A DNA stretch of 64,000 nt. It comes from Cystobasidiomycetes sp. EMM_F5 (Eukaryota). The notes below the pieces were generated by a model. The model ran no database searches. It was given only the letters and a program-made list of their open reading frames with translations, and was not told the DNA's origin. The stretch spans positions 62,001-126,000 of the forward strand of contig JBPGPT010000014.1 in NCBI GenBank assembly GCA_051047955.1, in the 5' to 3' direction. Shown here piece after piece: positions 1-13,948 of this stretch; the stretch's first letter is position 1; each line of letters opens with the position of its first letter. The translations under genes were made by a program, and so were the position numbers.

Positions 1-1798
1 AGCACGGTCCGTACTGTCCGCACAAATTGCTCACCATCAGGCGGTGTCCGCGAGATTTCGATGTACGTTCTCGCTTCGAGATCGCCGACCCATTTATCCT
101 GCACCTTTTGTCAATTCGATGCCGTTACGTTGCCAAGCGCGCACATTGGCTTACATCTGCCTCCGAAAGCCGAAATGGTAATTGCGAAGCGCGATTCGGC
201 ACAGTAACCGCCACGGACAGCTTTAACTTGCTGCTTTCCGTGAATGAATGTAGATATTGAAATAGAATCAAACACTGCACCAAGAACTGCTTGCGAAAAT
301 TGCCGTCCGCAATCTGGAAATTCAGTTGTGGTCTCATCAGCGACGGTATGTTTGCATCGGCAACACCTCACGCACTTCCAGATCGATCAGACTGTGGGAT
401 GTTAGGTATTTAGGATAGAAGAACATCTTTCGGATGTCATCCTCGGTGGCAGGCTTGGCGGATGCACTCTTCGTGTGCGAGCGAGATGATCCGTCCTTTG
501 CCCCTCCTTGCAGCGCCTTTTCCTTTTTGGATGCATCAGCAAAGACATCGAGCACTTTGGAGATAGCAACGTGAAGTAATGTGAGGTTTGGTGCGTCGGA
601 ACCGGTAGCTGCGCTGGCTGTTTTGCCATCTGATCCAACCTGTGGCACCTTCAGAATAGTGCTGGCGTACGTTGACATCTGTTGCGGAATGGAGGAACCG
701 TCTGAACTCGGCTGGAAAAGGGTGCGAGGATCAGAGAAGAATGTTTGAAGGGACCAAAACAATGTATAAAAGTCCGGTTCTGAGGGTGCTCGGTTGCGAT
801 CTGCGACTGCGGACGGTGACTCGAGTTTGGAGTCCGCTACAGCAGCTTTACTATCGACTGTCATCTGATCTTCCACCTCTTCTCCATCTTCTGGGGCTTC
901 AACGACTTGCTTGGCAGCGTCCTCATCGTCGGCCGGGCCGTCTACGGCGTCCACCTTCATGCTCGGCTCAGACTCATCAGGCGCCTCTTGAGGCTCCGTC
1001 ACTACTTCAAAGGTGGTCACATTTTCCTTGTTGAATTCGCCCCGCAAGTTGACGCCTGATCTCTCGCCAAGCGGGAAGATGCTGGCTAGAAACAGGAGAA
1101 TCCGACCGCAGAACACAGTGTGCGTGGATTTGCTGAGACGACGTAGAAGGTCATTCAAGGTTCTGAGAAAGATGAGTGCTTTGCCTTTGCCCGACACCAT
1201 GCCCTAACGAGGCGGACTTGAGCCGAGTACACTTTCGTTGGGATCATGAAAAGTTCCGCTCACCTTTGTAAGCCTATCCATACGCGTCTCGAGATAGTGA
1301 AATAGCTGCTCGGCATGCTGGACAGACTGAGCTTCGAACAAGATTTCGAGCGCCGTTGCGGCGAGTGAAGGTTCCACGAGTTGACGGTCGACGAAAGTGA
1401 GAAGAACATCCAACAGATCTTCATAGATGAGGAAATGAGGTGCATCATCCTGCCAGCCTTGCAGCAATTGTGGCTTAACAGATGGATCAGTTGCAATCAG
1501 ACATGCGCTGCAGGAAACGTACCAGACCAAGGACTGCACTCTCCAATGCCTTCTCGAGCGCAACACGTATCACATCCTGAGCATGCTCGTATACCGGTAG
1601 CTTGGCTTGTATACCGTCCACTACGCCGTCGACTTCTTCGATTGACATGGGCGACGTTTCGCCCAAGCTGACCCGTCGCTCTTCTGACGCACACGCAAAG
1701 TCCGATAGAGCATTGTTCAAAGATGCCACGTAGCTCCCGAACGCTTTCACAGGATCGCTAGGCCCGGCTTCTGGGACATCTCCTACCACTGCTGCCAT
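1..1798 (-). CDS. THOC1: THO complex subunit 1 (Hpr1/THOC1); 3' end runs off the window
   Basis: Exons encode LRTLNDLLRRLSK, FCGRILLFLASIFPLGERSGVNLRGEFN and FFYPKYLTS, which are THOC1 motifs. ATG at 1798. Confidence 0.92.
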
Positions 1799-2161
1799 GG
1801 TGGGGGTGTTGCCCGAGCTGATGAATGCCTTTCTTGACGGTCAAACTGAGCGAACGAGGTGAAGACAGTCAGGGTTCGAATATGTAGAAGCCGCTCGTCA
1901 TGCCAGCTCATGCAGCGCAGTTCCAGGTTGGGCAGAGTTGGACGGCTTCAGAGTGCATATGCAAGTCTGGTCGTCTATCCAAGTTGAACCATTCGTAGCT
2001 TTCTGCTCGAGGATACGTTGCTGTAGAGTCTTACTCTATAGAAGTAGCCATACGCGCAGTTCCATTTGAATCGCAAAGCACAGTCTTTCGAAATACCCGG
2101 TTACAAGCTGCCATTTTCGCGCACACAGTCTCGACTTGCGTCTGACTGACCTCTTGAAAGC

Positions 2162-4762
2162 ATGAGATTTCTGACCATCTCTCCACTGCTGACTGCCCTC
2201 TTGACATGCTCTCCCCTCGCACAGTGCTTGCCCAGCAGTGCTAACGATGACGATGCAGCCCGTCGCCACAGCACTGAAAGCTCCACCGGCTTCTTCGTCA
2301 ATGGACGTGTACCATCGCTGCCGCTGGCAGTAAAGTCTCCTTATCTATCGGCGTGGCTTCCGGTGGGAGACAAGGAGCCCGAGCTGGCTGGAAGATGGCC
2401 AGAGTTCTGGACGGGGCACCACTTGGAATGGGCTGGCATGATTCGCGTCAATAATGACAATTATGTCTTTCTAGGCGATGCAGCGCAATTAGATCAGCCA
2501 AGAGCTAAGCAAGTCTTTCATCAGGTGAGGCTGTTCAATGCCAGATCCCTCCATCGATCCATTTCTCAATGTTTTCCACCTTCTTATGCAGTTCTCCAGC
2601 ACTCGCACCATTTTTGGCTTTCAGATCCAAGATACTGTTCAATTCAACGTCACGTTCTTCACTCCAGTCGAGCCCGATGATGCAGTCCAGCATTCACTAC
2701 CTTTCAGCTTCTTTGAAGTCTCAGTAGTCGCGCTGAATGACAAGAACGTTGATGTCGCTGTTTATACCGATATTGGTGGTGATTGGCTTACAAACGACCT
2801 GGGTGTCCCAATCTTCTGGAAGACAGTCACCTCCGATGGGCTGCTGTACCACGCCATCGAAGCTTTCGCCCCCCAGGTCTACGATGAGCACGACGATAGG
2901 TCAATGTATGGTCGCGTAGTCCTCGCAAGCAATCAGGATGAAACCACGTCGTATAGTACAGGGCCACACTCCGAAGTACGGGGAGAATTTGTGCGGCACG
3001 GGCGCCTGAACGATAAAGAGGATTCAAAGTATCGCCGTATCGGTGACAACACACCAATTTTGGCCATGTCAAAACGTATGAGCGTCTCTGAAAGACCTGA
3101 ATCCGCGCTGTTCGCCATTGGGCATGTACGCGATCCTGCCATTAGCTATCGGCCGACCATACTCGAGGATCCTGTAGATCTCAAGTTGCTATACTATAGC
3201 AAATATGCCACTTGGCAGGAAGCAGTACGTGTCCGAGTTTACATCGAGTATGGAATGAAGCTAAGACAGGGTTATTTTCGTTACAGTTACATTACTTCTA
3301 TTACAACCACGGCCGCATGCTTCAATCCGCAATAGCTCTGGACTTACTGATATACAGCGACGCTTCAATGATCTCTGATGACTACGCCAGGATATGCGCC
3401 TTATCTCTTCGTCAGGCATACGCTTCAGTCGAGCTCACCGGCAATGACATGAACGACGTCCGGGCGTGGATGAAGGAGATCAGCTCTGATGGCAACTTAA
3501 ACACAGTAGACGTAATCTATCCTGCCATGCCACTTTTTCTATACTTGTCTCCAAAGTACCTGGGTTGGCTGATAGAGCCGGTGCTACGGTACCAGTCCGA
3601 AGGTGCAAAGTACGAGTCCTGTGCCCATGATTTGGGCTCGCATTATCCGTATGCGACAGGTCCATCGGATGGATCACAATCTCACATGCCAGTGGAGGAG
3701 TCTGGAGACATCCTCATAATCGCCTTGGCTCATGCTCAAGCTACCGGCGATATTTCGCTGATCAGCAAGTATTACAATCTGTTTCAGCAATGGACAGCCT
3801 ACCTGCTCAAGAAAGCTTTGACTCCAGAAGATCAGCTATCCACGGATGGTGAGTCATAGTGGCAGAGCATGCCACGTAAGCTGATCGCGCGATTCTAGAC
3901 TTTATGGGTTCCATCACCAACTCGTCTTCTCTAGCTCTGAAAGGAGGCATCGGAATCGCAGCAATGGCTCGCATTGCAGAGCTCACGGGTAGAGACGGGT
4001 CGAAGTATGCCAGTGCCGCAAACAAGTATATCAAAGCATGGCAGATACTGGCCACTTCTCACGCCAGACGAGGCAGCAATGCGCGGTTACTGCTCAATTA
4101 CCATCATCAGGATAGTTGGATGCTTGCATATAACCTATATGCAGAAAGGTGAGATTGCTCCAGCGTGCGATTTGCGAGGCATTCCCAACACTTTCCTCCG
4201 CAGACTGCTCGGCATCGATCTCATCCCAAAGGAGGTATTCGACGAGCAAGATGCTTGGTACCCAACGCAGTGGCATAAGTTTGGCGTGTAAGTCTGCACA
4301 GCGAGTGACTGGCACATTCTGATGTCCTGTACAGCCCGCTAGACTCTCGACGGACCCAGACTAAGTCTGACTGGCTGATCTGGGCGGCGGCAGCTACGCA
4401 TAATGAAAGCGTGTCAAAGATGCTGGTGCAAGGCGTTTCGAATTTCTTGTCTGGGGGCGGAAGGTTGGTTACTGATTGCAGGACCTGTTACATTACCACA
4501 CATAGCTGAATGTCTTGACGCGCAGCGATGCTCCATTCAGTGACTGGTACGAAACACTCGACGGCACGTCGCCTGGCTTTAGAGCGCGACCTGTTGTGGG
4601 AGGTGGGTTAAGATATTCAATTATCAGCATCAACTGACGCATTTGGGGAAAACAGGCCACTTTGCATTTTTAGCTCTAGATTCTCTGCATCGCAAGCAAA
4701 CGGCCCTGTCCATGCCATCAGTCCAAGCAACGCCCCGTCTAGTGGCGCAGTTTAACCTTTGA
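2162..4762 (+). CDS. Secreted glutaminase GtaA-like protein (DUF1793/DUF4965 family)
   Basis: Signal peptide; PLAVKSPYLSAW, MKEISSDGNLNTVDVIYP, HDLG..YP, MPVEESG, QLSTD and ARPVVGGHFA motifs across spliced exons. TGA at 4760-4762. Confidence 0.88.
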
Positions 4763-4815
4763 ATAGAAGGATGCCAATGTAGCAATACCTGAACGGCTTT
4801 GTCTAAACTATTGTC

Positions 4816-7623
<2,808 letters not shown>

Positions 7624-7936
7624 TTTTTAGAATTGCCTGTTTTCCAGATAGACGTGTTGGAACGGAGGCAAGCTGTTGGCTTCAGTTTGACTGCGAGATA
7701 TCGCTTCCAAACACAAACCACAGAGATGCAGCAACTCGAGCCAGCGTAACGGTCCAGCTCCCATCGTCACAGCTATCCTACAACGATATTTGCCGTTTTT
7801 GGTACAGGACAGCAGCGAGCCTGCCTTTGCGCGAGCACTCGCGGCCCGTTTCTGCTCTGCACAGGACCGACCATCGCGCTGTCCCAAAGTATACAGCGCG
7901 TTTGCTTGCATTTCTGCACGTCTTCAGTCGAGCAAC

Positions 7937-9391
7937 ATGCCCAGTAAACACGCACGATCGCCTGTTCCGGCAGCAGCAGCAGCAGCAGCGGAGGAATCAG
8001 ACGACGAGGTTTTCGAGGTCGAGAAGATTGTAGAACACAAGGTGAGCTGGGCGTGTCGTCTGGTCGTTCGTCAGGTCAAAGACGCGTGCTGACGGTCGGC
8101 TGTTTCGGTCCTGACGCGCGTATAAATTAGGAGGAATACGATGAGGATGGTCGCGTCGTCAATTCTTTCCGTGAGTTCATGACGTACAGCAACCGTAAGG
8201 GATACATTCGCTGAGCGGCATTACACTCTCAAGGTGTACGATGGAAGGTAGTGCACTTGAGCAACTTTAAATCATACTCCGCAATCTGACCATCACGATA
8301 CACAGGGATACTCATCCTCACAAGATACGTGGGAGCCACGAGACTCGCTCGAGGACGGCGCTCAGGACGCGCTCAAGAAGTATATCGAAGACCAGAAGAT
8401 GAGGCGCAAGCCAGTAAGAGACGAAGGCTCTCTCCCTAGCAAGGCCAAGGAGAAGGAAATAAAGAGATCTCGAGCCTCCGAGGGCGCTCGAGCATCGACT
8501 TACGATGACGACGATGCTGTCGAAGCACCCAAGAAGAAGAAGCGCGAGAGTGCTCCAGTCGAGCCTGATGCCAGCTTCAGACGCAAAACCCGGGATGTAA
8601 GCCCACCCGTCTCCACGTCTCGAGTCAAGGCAAAGAAGACTATCGAAATCGACGACGAGGAGGACTACGTCGAGGACAGCATTGCCGAAGAGGCCGAAAA
8701 GCCCAAGAGCAAACGCAAGGAGAAGGAGCGCAAAGCTCCAGAATCGCAAGATCAGGCCCCTCAGTCGCAGCGCTCCAAGGACAAGGATGCTTCTCGGGCG
8801 CAAGAGAAGGTCGCCAGCAAGCACAAAGAGAAGGAGGCTCCTCGCAAGTCCACCTCGCACCGTGACGAAGGGGAGCAAGCTCCCGCAACTAAATCTCCAA
8901 ACAAGTCTGTCCCTGTTGTCGAGGTGCCCGTCGCAGGCAGTACTATTCATCAAGCTAAAAGCTCGTGGGAGGTGAGTCGCACATGACCCATGTCAATATG
9001 GTGTCACAGCCAACGAGACGTTGCTTTGCAGGAACTTGTCAACATCGAGACGCTCGAAGTCGATCTCCACGGAGATTATCGATGGGCTATCAAATGGTCC
9101 GTTCTTCGCTGGGACCGCTCGTAATGTGTCGCTGATATTATTTGTGCACAGGTCGTCCCCTCCAGAAGCTGGCCGTACTGAGTGGATCTCGAACAGAGTT
9201 GCTCGCCACAAATTCCCGCAGAGGTACGCACTTATGCCCTTCGATACATCGAGCTCAATTACTTACCTATCCCGAGCAGGCTCATTGATTTCTACCAGGA
9301 TCACCTTCGCTTCAAGAGTGGCGAGGAGTACGGTGCAGACGATGAGGGAGCAAATGGTCATGCCGGAAATGCAAACATGCAGGTCGACTAA
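7937..9391 (+). CDS. HP1/Swi6-like chromodomain plus chromoshadow protein
   Basis: Spliced chromodomain VFEVEKIVEHK..FRVRWKGYSSSQDTWEP, a K/E-rich hinge, and a C-terminal chromoshadow-like ARHKFPQRLIDFYQDHLRF. Confidence 0.85.
7970..7987 (+). repeat. (GCA)6 coding microsatellite (poly-Ala) in the HP1-like gene
   Basis: Seen directly in the sequence. Confidence 0.9.
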
Positions 9392-10388
9392 TAAGCACAA
9401 TCTTTTCACTTCTGCATCTTCAATTTGTGCGCGCTCAGGCTGCTTAGAATCCTGAATATACTGTACGTCAGGCTGTGTACATGTTGATGGTTCGCGGAGA
9501 CGAGATCGAAGCAGCCATCTTCAAGCTCTCCCAATTCTCATTCACTTTGTTGGGCTCTCAATGCGTTTCTATCTATGACGGCGCGGCTCTGCATTCATCA
9601 ATTGCTTGATTGTCGTTCAGGCTTTTTCGTGTCTTCGAAGACATCTCATTCTCCTGTAGAGGAGTGCTTCGTTGCATCGACTTTTCCGGTGACCATTCTG
9701 CAGATTGCTGCTGGAAAGTAAAGCAAACGAATCTTATGTCTATAGTAATCACATTCATGTGTCTTATCAGAAAGCAAGCATTTGAAGTTCGAAGAAGGCG
9801 AAAGGCAGCCAAATTTGAAGTCCCTTTGCTGCGCTGGGCCCACCCGCGACTCTTCTGCTAAGCAAACATTGTAACGACAAAACATGGCCAGCTCTTGCTA
9901 ACAGGGACTGAGGGAGTACCATGCTCAAAGAATGAAAGTGCTACGAGTAGTGGACAGCGCCATACTGAGCGAGAGCTCACTTACGACTCTTTCAGGATAA
10001 CTGTCGCTTGCGAGCATTGCTTTCGTTTGAGCAGACTACACAACAATATATGAAGCGCCGCCAGAATAGCACACCATCTCCTTGATGGAATGGTCCGCTA
10101 ATGCACTAATAGGGCTTTTCGCAGCGGCACGGTCCGGCACGGGGTTGATGGGTCGGCTTGACGACAGCAGATGCAAGGGCGTCGGTCACCCCAACGCTCA
10201 GCTTTGTCGTCTTCGCTGTCCACTTACACATTCTCAGCTGCTGGCCAGCGTCTTTGCTCACTCTCATTTTCTTCACTCTTGCAATTTCTTCGGGCAGGAC
10301 CCATTCGAGTTTCTTTCCGCGGCACTGGATGGTGCAACAGAAGGCAAATATTTGAGCCTGGCGCATCCCTTCGGCGCCGACTCGCGCA

Positions 10389-11323
10389 ATGCGAAAGCAG
10401 ATTACTATCATTTGGACTATATTCGATTGTTTGTATCTGGCTTCAGCTGTCGTATGCTTCGTGTTTGCAGGTATGGTTTTCACGTAAAACAGTCCCCAGT
10501 CCCTTTTACTGATACAATCAATATGATGTAGGAGTATGGAGAGGCTTTGGAGCGGCAGACCCTGCCAACAACGACATGGCGTTGCGGCGATTTGTCGTAT
10601 CGGAGGAGAACAACCTTGGTCAGTCTCACCGAGCAGCAAGGACGCAAGTTCTTCAGGTCTGACTTGCAGGACTCTAGCTGCAGTAGCGCTTGCTTGCTGG
10701 ATCACCCTTTCTTTTGTTGTGTCTGCACCGGCAGCCTTGCATACTCGCAAACCGGGGACCAAGTCTACCTGGCTTAACGCGTTCACCATTACCGTCCTAA
10801 TGTCAACAATGGCTACAATAGCTATTGGCACATGCGTTTGGTTTTATACGCTGCAAGTACAAATAGAGTATGAGGGTGTGTGGACCGCAGCAAGCCCGGC
10901 AATGCATATATTTCTCCAAGATACCCTCCACTGTTGCGGCTACTACAATGCGACATTACCTGGACTCTTCGCGGAGTCCTCCGGCTTCTGTGCAACACCA
11001 TCCGTGGTGACTGAAGGTGACTCATCCCCCAGGATGCGATGCTGAATCAACTTCCTGTCGCAGAATCTGACCACCGTCCAAGGCTGTATGGCACCAATTC
11101 AGCAATATGCAGTAGGTGTATAGGCTATCATGAAGTCAATCAATCATACTCTTTCTCCACTCAGGATAACACCCTCAACAACATCTTCAGTACAGTGTAT
11201 GGATTCGTTGTCATCGAATCTGGACTATTCCTGGCGACATGCTGTCTAAGAGTGCTGAAGCGAGAAGACGAGCGAGCTCTCAAGATTGATAGAAAGAGTG
11301 GAGTCAAAGGTGGCTTCGTGTAG
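10389..11323 (+). CDS. PLS1: Tetraspanin, fungal Pls1 type
   Basis: Spliced start MRKQITIIWTIFDCLYLASAVVCFVFAG, four hydrophobic segments, EC2 CCGYYNAT, and tail NNIFSTVYG...EDERALKIDRKSG resembling Pls1. Confidence 0.8.
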
Positions 11324-11571
11324 GCTTCCCTCAATAGACAATCCTGCCGCCGCTGGGCTGTATGTACTAAGGGGAGAAACGTAGTATGAATGCAAGCCCA
11401 GTAGTGCGAATTGCGCAAACATTCACCGTGTAGCCAATAACCACACGTCGAAGCAGACTTGCTTGTTTGAGTGTCCATGGATCCCCTCGGGTGCTTGCCG
11501 TCACGGATCCCGATCAAGGGGGGCAACACTTACCGCACGCTCATCATCACCCTTGGCCATGCCCAACAACA

Positions 11572-13710
11572 ATGACTTCGACGCTGAAGGCTAGCAAGGA
11601 CTTTGATGCCGAAAAGTCGGACGAGCAGCTTGCGCAAGAAACGGAGACTATCGATGTCGCAGATGGGCCGGACGCAGAGTCGGATGCTGGCAAGCTGCGA
11701 CAGCTACTGGCCGTTCTCAAAAAGGTCATTGGCGTCAAGGACCTTGCGAACCTGAGACTCAGTCTGCCTGCAAATCTACTCGAGCCAATGAGCAATCTCG
11801 ACTGGTGGCATTACGTTGACCGACCCGACCTCTTTGCTGCTATCGGTGACCGTGAAATTGACGACTTGACCCGCTTTATCGCAATCATTCGCTGGATTCT
11901 TACCAAGGTTGCTCATACTGTGTGCATACTACGTCCACTGGCTAAGCCGCTCGCTACAGGAACTGCGCTATGTTCGGAACCGTGTCACTAAACCGTACAG
12001 TAGGTGGTCGCAGCCAAATACGCCGTGCTACAATGGCTAACAAACACGCTCTGTCCAGATTCAGCGTAAGCAGTCTTTTTCAACATACTTATCGGAGCTC
12101 ACTCTTACCTTGATATCAGTCTTGGAGAACGATTTCGGTAAGTAGCCGTTGACTGAGCGCCACCCTGGCTCACTATCTGAGGCACGTTTCGCAGATGTGC
12201 CTGGGACATCAATCCGGCGTCAGCATCCGAGTTTGCTGTATACCAGAACTTATACAATGGCCCAGCAGACGAAATGGCACCGACACCAGGCGGTTCGCCA
12301 TCCATTACCGCCAAATCATCGCCTATGTTGGGATCCAAGAAGAGCAGCCTGCCCGCTAGCATGTCCAATCTCAGCTTGAATGATACTTCGAGTAATTCTA
12401 TCAACAATGCGCACAAACGCAAATTATCGACCGGGGTAGCTTCATCTGCATCAAGCACCGCTGAATCGGAAGGACCGTCCAGTGCCGCACCTGCCGCAGG
12501 TGACGCTCGGGTGGCCTTTGTGACTGAACAGGTGCGGTTGCATGTATGACAAGCTGTTGATTGTTTTACTCATATTTCATTGGGGGCGTGACGTAGGTCT
12601 GCCATCATCCGCCGATATCAGCTTACTGGTATGAAAGCTCTTCTGACGAGAGCAGAGGCGCTGTGACAGCTACCGGCATTGACCAAATAACGGCGAAGTT
12701 CAATGGCACGAGCGTGAGCTGGTGTATGGCTCGGCTTCAGTCACGGCCAAATGCTGATGATCAGCCCGATGTAGATCAAGATTGCTCCAGGATCACAGAA
12801 TAAGGGCATCTTTGTAAAGGTGCCCGAAGTAACGACAGACGAATATCAGGTCCGTTTCGGCGATCCCTGTATACTTACCTGGCCCTGGACTGATGCAATG
12901 TGCTCGTTTAGATAACGCATCCAGTTGGCTATATAACTGGCTTCATATCCCGTGCACCGTACGCCACGCTCAGCGAGACGACCTACATCAATACCTTGAA
13001 GGAAGGAAAGAGTGGTGGGAAGGCGTATCGTGCCATCATCACGTACGCAGACGAGGTGAGTGGTGTCAAGGCGCGTCAACACCAGATCAAGCTGATTCGG
13101 CGCCGTTGACTATATGAAGTCATGGATCACCAAGCCCAAGTTCTTGATGGAGGGCGTAGTCTATGAAGTAGCAGAGGGGGGCGCCAAGGAATACCAGCGC
13201 ATCAAGGATGTACCCGAAAATGCTGTTGTTGTGCGTTTGAAAGGTACATGGCGAGGCAAAATTACAATGAAGAAAGGCAAAGATAAGGTGCGGACAATTC
13301 CCGCCGACTAGAACCAATACTGAGGCAATGGTCACTCAGACCGAAAGTGTCCTGTTAGACATGACGCGGTTAGACATTATCCCAAAGACAGTTCGGCCGA
13401 TTGAACAGCAAGACCCAATGGAGTCAAGGAAATTCTGGGATTCCGTCAGTCAAGCTATCCGGAGGAAAGAGTACAAGCAAGCCACGGTACATAAGCAGAC
13501 CATTGAGCAAGCGCAAAGAGATAAAGCTGCCGAGCGGGAGAAGAATAATGATCCGTAAGCGTGAATCACGACTCTTTCTTTAGTTAAACTGAGGTCGCAT
13601 CGTATAGTTTCGTTCCGTTTTACTTCAACCCTGATATCTCGTCTGGACGAGCTCAATTGACCACTTCTGGCAAACAGGCTTTGCAAGAGGAACTCACTGG
13701 ATCAAGGTAG
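11572..13710 (+). CDS. Oxysterol-binding protein homologue (short ORD-only, Osh6/7-like)
   Basis: LRLSLPANLLEP, KPYNSALGERF (assembled from micro-exons), EQVCHHPPIS, ESRKFW and IEQAQR. Confidence 0.88.
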
Positions 13711-13948
13711 ACTAGATTATGAGACAGCTTCTAGATATTGCTTGAGGCCGACACTGGTCCGGCCTCGTTATTTTGTAAACCTAGTGTTATCCGCATAGTG
13801 TGTTGCTCGTATGACCTGTACATTTACATTGCACAGCGTCTCAATCCGCAGCGCTGAGGGACTGCAAAGCAATCTGTCCTGGGTCCAGAAAGTCTACCGA
13901 TTTGAGGCTTGTCCAGCATGACGCGTTTTGAACCTGACCAGCCGATAC

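Noticed and set aside
8318..8953. Long antisense ORFs (for example 8318-8953, 10106-10831, 17003-17539)
   Set aside because: They are shadow frames of well-supported genes on the opposite strand.
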